A stretch of DNA of 62,873 bases, counting the filler, from Chiloscyllium plagiosum (taxonomy: Eukaryota): the NCBI RefSeq assembly GCF_004010195.1. It is 4 parts of one record of this genome, joined end to end, with 100 filler letters (N's around TTAATTAATTAA, not from the genome) between each part and the next. Parts side by side here need not be neighbours in the genome. Positions count along the whole stretch, not along the records: positions 26,189 to 57,519 come from NC_057714.1; positions 57,620 to 62,873 come from NC_057714.1; 2 more parts are not named here. The stretch is one strand, 5' to 3'. Position 1 is the first letter of the stretch; each line of letters opens with the position of its first letter. The notes below the pieces were generated by a model. That model was not told the DNA's origin. It searched no databases and was given only the letters and a program-made list of their open reading frames with translations. The position numbers and the translations under genes were made by a program. Of this stretch, positions 46,998 through 59,900 are shown piece after piece.

Positions 46998-48322
46998 TTA
47001 CAGAGTCATAGAGATGTACAGCACGGAAACAGACCCTTCGGTCCAACCCGTCCATGCCGACCAGATATCCCAATCCAATCTAGTCCCACCTGCCAGCACC
47101 CGGCCCATATCCCTCCAAACTCTTCCTATTCATATACCCATCCAAATGCCTCTTAAATGTTGCAATTGTACCAGCCTCCACCACTTCCTCTGGCAGCTCA
47201 TTCCATACAGGTACCACCCTCTGCGTGAAAATGTTGCCCCTTAGGTCTCTTTATATCTTTCCCCTCTCAACATAAACCTATGCCCTCTAATATCCTATCC
47301 ATGCCCCTCATAATTTTGTAAACATCTATAAGGTCATCCCTCAGCCTCCGGCGCTCCAGGGAAAACAGCCCCAGCCTGTTCAGCCTCTCCCTATAGCTCA
47401 AATCCTCCAACCCTGGCAACATCCTTGTAAATCTTTTCTGAACACTTTGGAGTTTCACAACATCTTTCCGATAGGAAGGAGACCAGAATTGCATGCAATA
47501 TTCCAACAGTGGCCTAACCAATGTCCTGTACAGCCACAATACAAGCATACCAAGCGCCTTCTTCACTATCCTATCTACCTGCAACTCCACTTTCAAGGAG
47601 CTATGAACCTGCACTCCAAGGTCTCTTTGTTCAGCAACACTCCCTAGGACCTTACCATTAAGTGTATAAGTCCTGCTAAGATTTGCTTTCCNNNNNNNNN
47701 NNNNNNNNNNNNNNNNNNNNNNNNNNNNNNNNNNNNNNNNNNNNNNNNNNNNNNNNNNNNNNNNNNNNNNNNNNNNNNNNNNNNNNNNNNNNNNNNNNNN
47801 NNNNNNNNNNNNNNNNNNNNNNNNNNNNNNNNNNNNNNNNNNNNNNNNNNNNNNNNNNNNNNNNNNNNNNNNNNNNNNNNNNNNNNNNNNNNNNNNNNNN
47901 NNNNNNNNNNNNNNNNNNNNNNNNNNNNNNNNNNNNNNNNNNNNNNNNNNNNNNNNNNNNNNNNNNNNNNNNNNNNNNNNNNNNNNNNNNNNNNNNNNNN
48001 NNNNNNNNNNNNNNNNNNNNNNNNNNNNNNNNNNNNNNNNNNNNNNNNNNNNNNNNNNNNNNNNNNNNNNNNNNNNNNNNNNNNNNNNNNNNNNNGGTCT
48101 ATAGTTCCCTGGCTTGTCTTTACCGCCCTTCTTAAACAGTGGCACCACGTTTGCCAACCTCCAGTCTTCCAGCACCTCACCTGTGACTATCGATGATACA
48201 AATATCTCAGCAAGAGGCCCAGCAATCACTTCTCTAGCTTCTCACAGAGTTCTCGGGTACACCTAATTGGGTCTTGGGGATTTATCCACCTTTAACCATT
48301 TCAAGACATCAAGCACTTCCTC
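46998..48322 (-). mobile_element. CR1/HER1 ORF2 to 3' end, spanning a 404-N gap (47692-48095)
   Basis: DWRLANVVPLFKKG, LEYCMQFWSP. Confidence 0.93.
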
Positions 48323-49336
48323 ACAAAACCATGATTGAGGACTGACAGGGAGATCTCAATATAGCCATGACAAGGGATACCTAACACCAGTGAAGCAGAT
48401 GCAGATGGGGGAAAATGAAATCAATCTGGTCACATCCCTCATGGAAGATCTGATGAGTCATGGTTTACACCTCCACAATTCTGCCAATGAGGTATGACAC
48501 TTCCATGTTGCTGAAAATCACACTTGCTGTGGGACAATCCCAATCGCTCTATATAAGAAACGTTGCACACCACCAAAATCCCTGGACACCTGCTTGATTC
48601 TTGGTGAGAGGCTGAACTGGTTTAAGACCTGGTGAGTCATAGAGATGTACAGCATTGAAACAGACCCTTCGGTCCAACCTGACCATGCCAACCAGATATT
48701 CTAACCCGATCTAGTCCCACCTGCCAGCACCCAGAAGGGAAGGTGTTGTTTTCATTCATTTGTGGGATGTGGGCATCACTGGATGGGTCCGCATTTATTT
48801 CCCGTCCCTAGTTGCCCTTGAGAAGGTGGTGGTGAGCTGCCTTCTTGAACAACTGCTGTCCACTTCCTGTGGGTTGACCCACAATGCTGTTAGGGAAAGA
48901 ATTCAATCTTCCTATTATTTACTTGGAGGATGTTTCTATTCACCCAAGCAGTCAGATAATGTAAAAACAGTGGAGGAATTGGAAGAGAGAGATGATGGTG
49001 ATGTGGAATTGAGAGCTGTCAGCAAACAGACAAGTGTTTTTTACATTTTCAAATGATGTTGCTAAAGATGAACATGTAGTAGAGAAAGCAACAGTTGTTC
49101 ATGCTTAAACCAGATGTAGAGGCAGCTGCTGTAGGTACATCTCAATATTTTCTATCAAGCCAACTGGCAATTCCAGAATTTACGAACAAGCATCTGTTCT
49201 GCTTGGTGACTGTCAGATTGTATGCTGCTTTGAATTCTGCCATTTTTTTTTAAACACGTAAATTCAAAATCACAATTAGCCATGAATTGCTGGAATTTGC
49301 TTTAAAGATTGAGGAAATCTGTTTTCTGCCTGACAG

Positions 49337-49476
49337 GGAGAAAGTGAGGACTGCAGATGCTGGAGATCAGAGCTTAAAAATGTGTTGCTGGAAAAGCGCA
49401 GCAGGTCAGGCAGCATCAAAGGAACAGGAGAATCGATGTTTCAGGCATAAGGCCTTCTTCAGGACAGTCTGACAGA
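49337..49476 (-). mobile_element. Penelope-like (family B) terminal fragment with 11-bp TSD
   Basis: CTGCCTGACAG at 49326-49336 and 49477-49487; short filler ACAGTCTGACAGA. Confidence 0.82.
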
Positions 49477-50399
49477 CTGCCTGACAGTCAATTTCAAAGC
49501 ATGTCATGACCAAATTGAGATCTATTAATTAATTATAAGTTCATTATATTTGCCTTTCTGTTCAATTACTTAGCATTTTAGCTCATTCACAAATAAACAC
49601 AGCATGGGGGATAATTAAGTCCTGAGATCCTACAGTTTTCATCTATTTTGGCTGTTTCATTCAATGAATTCATTACCCAAAAGAGAACAAACATTCAAAG
49701 TTTTCACTAGAATTGTAATTTTTCCATCACAATATTGCACTTCTCAAATCTATTTATGCATTTATTTCTTTATTTCCACCCACCAGTGCTAGTGAGAAGA
49801 CAGGTGCACAAAAACAATTCACATAGCCACATTCTTCCTTTCGCTGCATGTTGGTAGAATGCCCAGTTGAGACTGGTAGCTTGGTGTGATAGGGACTGTA
49901 AGTACATGAACGAGTCGGAAACATGTTTTATTTACAGCAAAGGACTGGCCTCAAGGACAATGGTGTTTTTTGTTAGGGACTTTGTTTCCAACTTCAGGAT
50001 AAGAAGTCCAGTAAGGGATTTGCAAAGTTGTTGTGAATTTTAGAAAGATTCAGTCATTCACATGATCATTCCATACTCACCTGCAAAGCCTTTAATTATG
50101 TCATGTCTAAACCCTGCTTAGAGCTGGCACAAAGTGAAACATAAGGAAGAGGAGAAGGCTATTTTGCTATTCAAGGAGATCCCAGTTGATGTGAATCTTG
50201 TAGTCTGGGCAGCGTTAGTGATACCTGGTCACCACTTTCATGCTTTCCAATGAAGGACATGTCAAATCAAAGGCATGGGATCCTCTCAAGAGGCAGTTTG
50301 ACTAAAGATTTGCAAGTCCTGTGTGTCATACCTAGTACTGAGGGCAATACTTAAAGGTGTTGAGTCTTGAAAGAGAACTACAGCATGATTTGCCTTGAA

Positions 50400-51030
50400 T
50401 GGTGGAGGAAACCAGAACTAGAGGGCATAGGTTTAGGATGAGAAGGGAAAGATTTAAAAGGGATCTAATGGACAACCTTTTCATGCAGAGGGAGGTGTGT
50501 GTATGGAATGAAGTAGTGGAGACTGGTACAATTACAACATGTAAAAGGCATTTGGATGGGTATCTGAATAGGAAGGGTTTAGAGGGATATGGGCCAAATA
50601 CTGGCAAATGGGACTTGATTAATTTAAGATAGCTGGTCAGCATGGACGAGTCGGACCAAAGGCTCAGTTTCCGTGCTGTACGTCTCTGTGACCTTATGAC
50701 TCTATGAATGAATCTCATCATCTCCCCTACAAAATATGTAGAACTTGCATCTTTTGTTACAGCTTACTTCCATCATTGTTGACTATTTTTTCCAAAACAG
50801 ATAAACATATGAAATAGACAGATAACAGATGAAAACTAATCCATCAAGTAATCCCCATACTGCATTTAGAGAATCATAGAGATGTGCAGCACAGAAACAG
50901 ACCCTTTGGACCAACTCATCCATGTTGATCAGATATCCTAACCTAACCTAGTCCCATCTGCCAGCATTTGGCCCATATCCCTCTGTAGCCTTGCTATTTA
51001 TATACTCAGCCAGATGCCTTTTAAACATTG
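50400..51030. mobile_element. Two CR1 3' ends (plus 50400-50707; minus 50870-51030)
   Basis: TRGHRF...GYGPNTGKWD; GYGPNAGRWD. Confidence 0.88.
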
Positions 51031-51435
51031 TATCAAGAAATAGCTCAAGGCACTGGATAGCACAAAGACTAAGGATCCTGGCAACATTCCTGCAATAGTA
51101 CTGTAGACGTGTGCTCCACAACAAGTTACACTCCAACCAATCCGTTTCAATACAGCTATAAAATTGGAAATCTACCTGCAGGGCATTCCTCAGGTGTGTC
51201 AGTTCAAAAACGGAAAAATCTAACCTGGCTAGATCCCATCAGACTTCTTGTGAGCATCAAGCTGATGGAAGGTGTCATCGACAGTGCTATCAAGCAGCTA
51301 CCTAGTCAGTAATAAACTGATCACTTGGTTCTCACTTTGTATCCTAGTGAGGCCAGTCAATGTTTAGTTCATTATAGCTTTGGTCCAAACATGGACAAAG
51401 AGATTAACTTGAAGCAGTGAGGTGAGTGACTACAT

Positions 51436-51525
51436 TTGATGAAGGGTTTATGCCCGAAATGTTGATTCTCCTGCTCCTTGGATGCTGCCTGACCTGCTGT
51501 GTTTTTTCAGCATCACACTCTCGAC
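51436..51525 (+). mobile_element. Penelope-like (family B) terminal fragment
   Basis: TGATGAAGGGTTTATGCCCGAAATGTTG...; flanks GACTACATTTGAT / GACTATGTTTGAT. Confidence 0.75.
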
Positions 51526-51629
51526 TATGTTTGATCGACGCAGCAATTGACCAAATGTGGCAGCAATGAACCAACAAAAGTGGAGTTAATGAGAATCAGA
51601 GGAAAACGTGCTTTTCATTGGAATGATAC

Positions 51630-52290
51630 ATAGATATAGGAAAAGGCTATTCAGTCCCTCGAGTTTCACCATTCAATGAGATCATGGCTGATCTGTGGCA
51701 TAATTTCATACATCTACCTTTGACAAATATCCCTTAATGTCTTTGCTTCACAAAAGGTTATCTATCTCGGATTCAGAAATAGCAACATATCCTACGTTCA
51801 CTGCTATTTGTGGAAGAGGGTTCTACCAAGAGTAAAAGAGACATCTACCACCCTTGTATGCAGAGGGGGTCCATAACATCTCTCCTCAACAGTCAGGCCC
51901 TAATTCTCAGATTATGCCCCCTTGTTTAGGAATCCCCAAACAGTGGAAATAGACCATCTTTATCTGCCAAGTCTTTTCCTGCTAATATCTTGAAGACTTC
52001 AATTAGATCACCGCTTAATATTTTAAATTCCGGAGAAAACTGTCTGATTTGTATCATCTGTCTCATAATATAACCCCTGAAGTCCAGGTATCATTCTTAT
52101 AAACCTACGTTGTCCAAGGCCAATATATTCTTCCTGAGGTGTAGTGCCCAGTTTGCTCTCAGGACTGCAAGTAGAATCTAAGAAGCTTTAGTATAGCTGC
52201 AGAATAACTTCTGCATTCTTGTACTCTACTCCTCTAGCACCCCATTAACTTTCTTGATTATTTTCTGTACCTATTTGTAGCATTTTAAAG
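51630..52290 (-). mobile_element. CR1 3' fragment
   Basis: CCATTCAATGAGATCATGGCTGATC tail; degenerate RT C-terminus. Confidence 0.75.
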
Positions 52291-53024
52291 ATTTTTTGTT
52301 TATATTGAATCATTCTGGCAATGCATCATAATCCCCTACTTACTTCGTTTATCAGTTAATAACACTCACGGTAAATCTTAAGGGAATATTATACTGCAAT
52401 ACCAAGATGCTTTTCCTTTGCAAATATGCTTGAGCTCTTGACCCTGTAGAGTACAAGTATATTTGGCAATGCTCCAGCTAATACGTGTAACACTACATTT
52501 ATCTAAATGAACTACCATTTGCCAAACAACAGTAATCTCTATTCACGAGTGACAGTTCATTCATTGCACTGCTGCTTCACATGTTGTTAGACCATCAGAA
52601 ACATTTCAATCACATCAAGCAGCTCTACCTTGATATAATTCGCTCACGATGCACTTGCTGATAAGTCTCAGGTAATTGTGAATGTCTTGTGACAGCTACA
52701 GCTGTTGCGTTTGCCATGACACAGGCTGCGAGGAATTTTTATTTATGTTTAGTCACTGGCTGGTTTCAATCTTGCCGGAGAGCATTTCACCTGTATTAAA
52801 CCCTCAAAGAATGATGGACACTGAAACAGGAGGTGCTGGAGGAGCTCAGCAGGTCTGGCAGCATCTGTAGAGTGAGTTCACTGGACTGTTTCAGATTTTC
52901 AAGATCTACAGCTCCTTGTGTCTCCACAAGAATGATGGCTACTTTGGATTAAGAGAGGCTTCACTGTATCTGCAGAGATACTGAAGAGAGGAGTTGTTTG
53001 CACAAAGCTATTTTTCTGGGTCTT

Positions 53025-53725
53025 TGCGAGGCCTTTAGCCACCTACAGATAAGGGCGTTCCAGAACAGCAAAATCAAATCCGACAGCAAGATCACGGTTT
53101 GCAGAGCTGTGGTGGTTCCTGTCCTCTTATGTGGCTCTAAGATGTGGACTGTCTACAGCAGAGACCTCAAGGAGCTGGAGCAGTATTACCAATGCTGCCT
53201 GCGTAAGATCCTGCGAACCCATTGGGAAGAAAGACACACCAACACCAGCCTCTTCAAGTAGGCTAACATCCCCAGCACCGAGGCACTGACCCCCACCACC
53301 ACCTTGATTGGTTGCAATGAGCTGGATACGTTGTCCACATGACCGACACGAGACTCCCCAAGCAAGTGCTCTACTCCCAGCTCCAAAACGGCAGGCGAGA
53401 CAGATGAAGTGCTTCAGGGATACCCTCAAGGCCTCATTGGTGAAGTGCAGCTTTCCCAACAGACACCTGGAAATAACTGGCCCAAGACCGTCCAAAGTGG
53501 AGGAGGAGCATCCGGGAAGACATCGAGCACCTGGAGACTTGCCGTCGGGATAAAGCAAAAGCTAGGCACAAACAGCAAGAGGGGGGGCGTTGCCACAACT
53601 GCACCCACCCACCCCTTCCCCTGACCACCCTCTGCCCCAACAGAGCCTGTGGTAGCTGCATCAGTTTGTACAGCCACCTGCAGACTCAGCCTGAGAGGGG
53701 AAAAGAGTCATCATAGTCTGCAAGG
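53025..53725 (+). mobile_element. RTE-clade LINE 3' region
   Basis: AFSHLQIRAF...KITVCRAVVVPVLLCGSKMWTVYSRDLKELEQYYQCCLRKIL..HWEE; KCFRDTLKASL. Confidence 0.85.
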
Positions 53726-54081
53726 TCCAGGCTGGTCCTCTCTCTCTCTGACATCTCTCCTCTAAGAACTTGTGATTGATTTTACCTTTTATGCCAAGGG
53801 GTGTTTATGAGGATTGTTGCAAGTATTGGAAACAGCATCATTAAATGGGATGATCTGTTGGGTTTTCGGATAGGTTAAGTTATTCTGTATCGTGTTTTCT
53901 TTTGTCTGTGTTTCATTCGGTAATCTTGTAAATACATTATGTTTTATTTAAAACTCAGTGGTTTGACCAGCTGCATCCGTCCTGGAATATCCACGTTACA
54001 CCTGCTTAAAACAACGAGCAACGTTAGCGTCTAGGCTACCTTCTCAAAATGGTTTGAGGGGGTCTGGCCTGGTCCATAACA
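53726..54081 (+). repeat. LTR 3' (R/U5) fragment, probably Gypsy-type
   Basis: Ends GGGGTCTGGCCTGGTCCATAACA; degenerate polyA signal at ~53930. Confidence 0.5.
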
Positions 54082-54084
54082 AAT

Positions 54085-54545
54085 ATAAAAGCAACAAGGT
54101 TACTATGGAGCTGTACATAATGTTAGTTAGGGCCCCAGTTGGAGTACTGTGTGCAGTTCCAGTCATCACACTATAGGAAGGATGTGATTGCACTGCACAG
54201 AGAATGGAAGAGATTCACCAGGCGGTTGTTTGAGCTGAAGCAATTCAGAAATGAAGAGAGACACGATAGGCTAGGGTTGTATTCCTGAGAACAGAGAAGG
54301 TCTAAGGCAGGATCTGACTGAGGTGCCCAAAGTTCTAAGGGGCTTAGGAAAGCATAGGTAGGGAGAAACGTCTCACTTAATAAAGGGGTCAATAACTCAG
54401 AGATACAGATTTAAGATAAGCAGCATGAGGTTGGAAGGGATTTAAGAAAGGTATTTCCACCCAGAGTATTGTAGGTATATGGAATTCACTGCTGAAAGGC
54501 GTGAGGACACAATGGGCCTTTCTCATGCTCTATGACACTATAGTA
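54085..54545 (+). mobile_element. Old CR1 3' fragment
   Basis: GGAGTACTGTGTGCAGTTC (EYCVQF). Confidence 0.8.
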
Positions 54546-54864
54546 CATTGAACTCCAAATAAGGTTGTTTGTATCTGAGAAGGTGCGGCCAGGGACAAGA
54601 CTCCTGAGCAGGACGCAGATCTGAGACCTCAGCTTGGTTTCTGTCTCCAACCGTGCTTCTTGGCTTGCTGAGTATTTACAGCATTTTCTGCGTTTGGAAT
54701 CACTGAATCATGCAGTACAGTGAGACCCTTTGGTCCATCTCATCTTGTTCTGGAAATCCATGGCAGGGAAGTAGCCTGGAGAGAGATGGCTGGCCAGCAA
54801 TGTATTTCTTACTCCTTCATCTCAAAGGCACACGTGAAGCTGCTACAAGCTGCACGTGTTCATG

Positions 54865-55215
54865 TGCTCGACTCTGAGGACAAGATCTGGCAATGCAGGT
54901 CCACATAAACGCAGAATGACACATTCCAGCGTCGTAGTGAGGCTGTGCTATCTTTCACTCGTGAAGTTAAACTGACGCCTTCTCTGTCCGTTTCAGGTGA
55001 ATGCAATTCTGCAGCATTTACATTGAAGAAAATCAGATCTGCCCCTGCGTCCCACCTAAAATTTAACATTCAACCCCAACCTCATTCAGATTTTCCGATC
55101 ATTGCTGTCTGTGGGAGCTGGTTTGGTGCAAATAATCTGGTACATTACTACATTACAACAGCGACTCCACCATCAAAATACTTCATTGGCTGTAACACAC
55201 TTTGAGATGTCCTGA
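54865..55215 (+). mobile_element. DeuSINE (SacSINE1/AmnSINE1-like)
   Basis: Degenerate Deu-domain (TCTTTCACTCGTGAAGTTAAACTGA...TCAGGTGAATG) and tail CATTGCTGTCTGTGGGAGCT...TACTTCATTGGCTGTAA. Confidence 0.65.
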
Positions 55216-55328
55216 ATCTCAAAGCAACAATGACTTTTATTTATGGAGTGCCTTTAAATGCAAGAAAATGTCCAAAGGCACATCACAAGAGCATTACAAA
55301 ACAAAATGTGACATCGAGCGACGTAAGG

Positions 55329-56260
55329 TACTCATGTAAAAGTCGAATTTTTTAGACTATTTTTAAAGCTTCAATGTATAAAGTTGACTATTACATGGGT
55401 ACCAGTTTTGAGGGGCTGAAATTCATGCTGCAGTTCGAAATACCGTATTATTAGCAGAAGTCAATTTGATCCCATAACCAATTCCGGGTAAAGAAGAAAA
55501 ATTCAGTGAATTAAGGTAAAGATAATTACCGACCAAAAGCAAGAGAAACAAAAATGCATCACTGGTACGAAATTTTATTTATACATAGTGGTAGGAAAAT
55601 TTAACATGTCAAAGATTCATTGAAGTTCTGCAAAATCACACTGTTCACCATCATCATGACCTTGTATAATGGCACACTTAAAATGAAAAAATTTTTCAAT
55701 TCTGAATGTATAACCATCATGAAGTATCGCACTAGATTCTTCCATTTCCCACCCATTTACTCTCGTATGTAATGAACCTCAGCGACATTAACAAATATGT
55801 CAAAGAATTAAAGATTTATGTAGCTAATATGTCTCATTTTTATTCAGATATAATGGCACAATTAAAATGATTAACTTTGAACGATACTAACTTTTGGATG
55901 TATAATGAACACAATGTGATAAGTACCGATAGACTTAGTACCAGTCTGAATAAACGATGAATCAAAATGTGCTGTAGTAAACCAAGTGGACTAAATAGAG
56001 TTATGAATGAATGAATGAATGAATAGAGATGCAATACAGTAAACAAAGAGTGATGAGTAGAGTTACCTGTATGAATGAATGAATGAATGTGACTTTGTTC
56101 AAGTGGGTTAATGCGAACATACAGTTTCCTTTGTAAGAGGTTTATAATGCGATATATTAGGGTCGACGTCTAGATGAGAAACACGGAAAATACAAGATTT
56201 TTGGCCAAAAATAAGGGGTCGGCTTTTACATGAAATCGACTTTTACACGAGTATATACGG
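55329..56260. mobile_element. Non-autonomous Tc1/mariner (Tc2/pogo-like) element
   Basis: TACTCATGTAAAAGTCGA (55329-55346) inverted to TCGACTTTTACACGAGTA-TATACGG-TA (56236-56262); left tip truncated; AT-rich non-coding interior. Confidence 0.75.
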
Positions 56261-56369
56261 TAGGTCAAATGACTTGAGGAGAATTTTAAAATTAAGACTT
56301 TTTTGCAGAGACAATGTAGGTCAACTATAGATGAGGGTACTTTCGAGATGGTACAAAGTTAAACACAAT

Positions 56370-56878
56370 AGATATCCAAAGAGATTTGGGATTCAGGTAC
56401 AGAGATTTTTAAAATGTCATGAACAAGTGCAGAAAATAATTAAGAAATTAATGGAGTGCTCACCTTTATATCTAGAGAACTAGAGTGCAAGGATGCAGAG
56501 ATTACGTCACAGCTATACAAAACGCTGGTGAAACCCCACTGAGAGTACTGGGAGCAGACCAAGACACCAGGCCTTAGGAAGGATATATTGGCTTTGAAGG
56601 GAGCACAACATAGATACACAAGAACGAGGCCTAGACTTCAGGGGCTAAATTATGAGGAGAGATTATACAGATTTGGCCAGTTTTCTCTGGAATTTAGAAA
56701 TTCAATGGGTGACCTGATTGAAGACTTCAAGGCAAGAAAAGATAGATTGGATAAAGATAAATTATTTCTGCTGTCTAGACATTCTAGAACTAGGGAGCAT
56801 AGTCTGAGAATTCAGACCAGGAGTGATTTTAGGAAGCACTCCTACACACAAAGCAAGGGAGATGTTTGGGGCTCTTGA
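56370..56878 (+). mobile_element. Old CR1 3' fragment
   Basis: LQGLNYEERL...FSLEFR..MGDLIE. Confidence 0.8.
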
Positions 56879-57314
56879 GCCGAATTGAATAATTTATTAT
56901 CACTTGTATTTTACAGCGAAGAATATAGTAACATACAGTGAAAGCCTTCAACTGTCCCCACAACCCAGTACCGTTTGTGTTGTTTAAGAACATGAAAAGA
57001 TAGAGCTGAAAGAGAGTCGATCTTCATTCCTCTGCCTCCATGATGAATTCAGAGCCGGCTCATCTGTGCCTCCATCTTTCCTCCAAAGCATCATCACTGC
57101 CCACGCCAGACCCACCAATCTGGGAGTTACTACTCTTCAGGCACCATCTCTTCATCACTAGGCCCACTTGCTGCCAATATCAGGACCCATGCTGAGCCCA
57201 CACTCGCCCTGCGAGCAGCAGGCCCTGGCTCCTGGCCTATCACAGCCAGGAGCTGCTGTCATTGCCTCACTGATAATCAGGAGGACACCCCATTCTGGAT
57301 CTGGCGTGACTGAA

Positions 57315-57519
57315 ACCAGGTAAAAACAATGACTGCAGATGCTGGAAACCAGATTCTGGATTAGATTGGTGCTGGAAAAGCACAGCAGTTCAGGCTGCAT
57401 CCGAGGAGCAGGGAGATCAATGTTTCGGGCAAAAGTCCTTCATCAAGAAAGAGGCAGAGTGCCTGAAGGGTGGAGAGATAAATGAGAGGAGGGTGGGGGT
57501 GGGGAGAAAGTAGCATAGA
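57315..57519 (-). mobile_element. Penelope-like (family B) terminal repeat, cut by gap
   Basis: GACTGCAGATGCTGGAAACCAG...GTTTCGGGCAAAAGTCCTTCATCA. Confidence 0.85.
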
Positions 57520-58740
57520 NNNNNNNNNNNNNNNNNNNNNNNNNNNNNNNNNNNNNNNNNNNNTTAATTAATTAANNNNNNNNNNNNNNNNNNNNNNNNN
57601 NNNNNNNNNNNNNNNNNNNTATCAATTACACCCTTGCCTTGAAGCTTACTTTTCCAAGCCACACACCCTAAGTCATGCCTCACAGCATCATAATTTCCCT
57701 GCCCCCAGCTATAACTCTTGCCCTGTAGTGCACTCTTATCCCTCTCCATCACTAGAGTAAAACAATCCAGCTTATTCTTTAAGCTGCATCTTTGTGGCAT
57801 GAGGTCATCATCTGCACGTTGTCTTGCGTGAGTAACCGGCACACATGATGGTCCTGGTGCCTTTGATGCATATATGTATGTGCAAAATCCGTCAATAGTG
57901 TGTGAAAACAGAGCTTGTAGTTTGAGGTGACAGCAAGGTGCTGGAGCTTGAGGGGGTGGGAGTGGGATGCTAGTATTAGCAAGATGCTGGTTGGTGGTTC
58001 TGTCAGAGTGACCTTCAGCATTATTGGCTGCACACAGGGAAACTTTCCCTCCCCGCTGTGACACTGCAGTGTAAGGTGTTGCCACACCTCCCACACTGGG
58101 AGAGGAACAGCACTCGGCACTAACTCCCCTGGGTGCACACATAGCGAGTAAACAAGCCCCACCCTGTCATCCTGTTTGAGCTGTCACCTCTTCGCTGTGG
58201 ACCTTGCAGGGTTTCCAACTCAAGCTACAACCAGCAGCGAAAGGAAAAAGCTGAAAGATGACATGTTTGTGAATGTTAGCAGGGAATATTTTTGTATTGG
58301 AACATTGCCAAGATGTTTGAATATCATTTCTTGAAATTGAATGTAGCTTACAGATTTCAGGATTTTTGTCTTCTGTAAACATCACTCCTGTCTGGACAAA
58401 GTCATATTAACCTTTATTCTAGGTTAGGTCCAGGTGTATTATTTTGATATTAGTGATCAAAACCTGGATCCCACAGTTCAAAATCAGCAATAAGTGGAGC
58501 ATCTTTAACATAGCGTAATGTCCATAAGCAACTTGTGAGGGTATTATCCAAAACATTATCTGATAGTGAGACACATAAGGTGATATTAGGACAGGTGGAC
58601 AAAAGTGATCGCTTTTAACACATATCAAAGGAAGAAGGAGTAAGATGGAGAGATAAGGAGGTCATTTCAGGACGAGGCAGTTGAAGATAAAGCCTTAGAT
58701 ATTTTAGATGGTATTAATGTCACTGTATGTATAGTCCCAG

Positions 58741-59216
58741 AGTCTAAATTAGAGTGGTGCTGGAAAAGCACAGTAGGTCAGGCAGCATCCAAGGAGCAGG
58801 AAGATCAGTGTTTCGGGCAAAAGCCCTTCAGGAATAGAGGCAGGGTGCCTGCAGAGTGGAGAGATAAATGAGAGGGGGTGGGGAGAAAGTAGCATACCTG
58901 GGGGTTACAGTGAGAGAGACTCGCTAAGATTCTTGTGGAGAGAGGAGGAAATCTTCTTCAAGGCAGGCATCCTTGCAAGAGGATTTGCAGTGGGGTTAAA
59001 GTCACCTAGATAAAAACAAGGACTGCAGATGCTGGAAACCAGAGTCTCATTTATCTCTCCGCCCTGCAGGCACCCTGCCTCTATTCCTGATGAAGGACTT
59101 CTGCCCGAAACTACGATTTTCCTGCTCCTCGTATGCTGCCTGACCTGCTGTGCTTTTCCAGCACCACTCTAATCTAGACCCTGGTTTCCAGCATCTGCAG
59201 TCCTTGGTTTTACCTA
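58741..59216. mobile_element. Fold-back Penelope-like (family B) insert with perfect 16-bp TSD
   Basis: GTATGTATAGTCCCAG at 58725-58740 and 59217-59232; arms 58741-58873 versus 59045-59180; CTGATGA...GAAAC at 59087. Confidence 0.92.
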
Positions 59217-59650
59217 GTATGTATAGTCCCAGTCAACTCCCTTTTTGTTTGAATCGAAGGACCAAAAAAAAGAAAAGATGAGTTTGGGCAATGCAACTAT
59301 ACAGAGGAGGCTGAGCTAAGGTAAGTAACAACTTAATGAATCCAGTCATGGGAACAAGATCCAAGAGAGATGAAAGGAGAAATTTCAGGAAATAATTAAG
59401 AAGTAGACTATTAGTGTTGTGTGAATCAGTGTTCCTCCATGTTGAAGTCTGAGGGTGGCAAGGATACAGAATATACTCTGACTGGGAACTTAAGTGTCCA
59501 TCACCAAGAGTGCTTTGGGAACATTATTATTGACTGAGTTGGTCAAAGGATATTGCTGCTAGACTGTGTCTGTGGCAGGTACTGGGGGAAAAACTTGTTT
59601 GACCTCAACCTCACCAGTCTGTTGGTACACAAACATCTGTCCAGGACAGT

Positions 59651-59900
59651 ACATAGAACATAGAAAAATACAGCGCAGTACAGGCCCTTTGGCCCTCGAT
59701 GTTGCGCCGATCCAAGCCCACCGAACCTACACTAGCCCACTATCCTCCATATGCCTATCCAATGCCCGTTTCAATGCCCATAAAGAGGGAGAGTCCACCA
59801 CTGCTACTGGCAGGGCATTCCATGAACTCACGACTCGCTGAGTAAAGAATCTACCCCTAACATCTGTCCTATACCTATCACCCTTTAATTTAAAGCTATG
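59651..59900 (-). mobile_element. CR1 3' end
   Basis: HSFKLKGDRYRTDVRGRFFTQRVVSSWNALP. Confidence 0.9.

Noticed and set aside
47267..48229. Longest ORF (320 aa) and other ORFs containing X
   Set aside because: Artefacts of translating through N runs within CR1 copies
56003..56090. (GAAT)n and other microsatellites ((CA)n at ~44960-45002, (GA)n at ~32380-32412)
   Set aside because: Ordinary simple repeats
57760..58420. Overlapping minus-strand ORFs of 72-192 aa in apparently unique sequence
   Set aside because: No domain-like features or splice structure; one ORF runs into a CR1 piece and a gap
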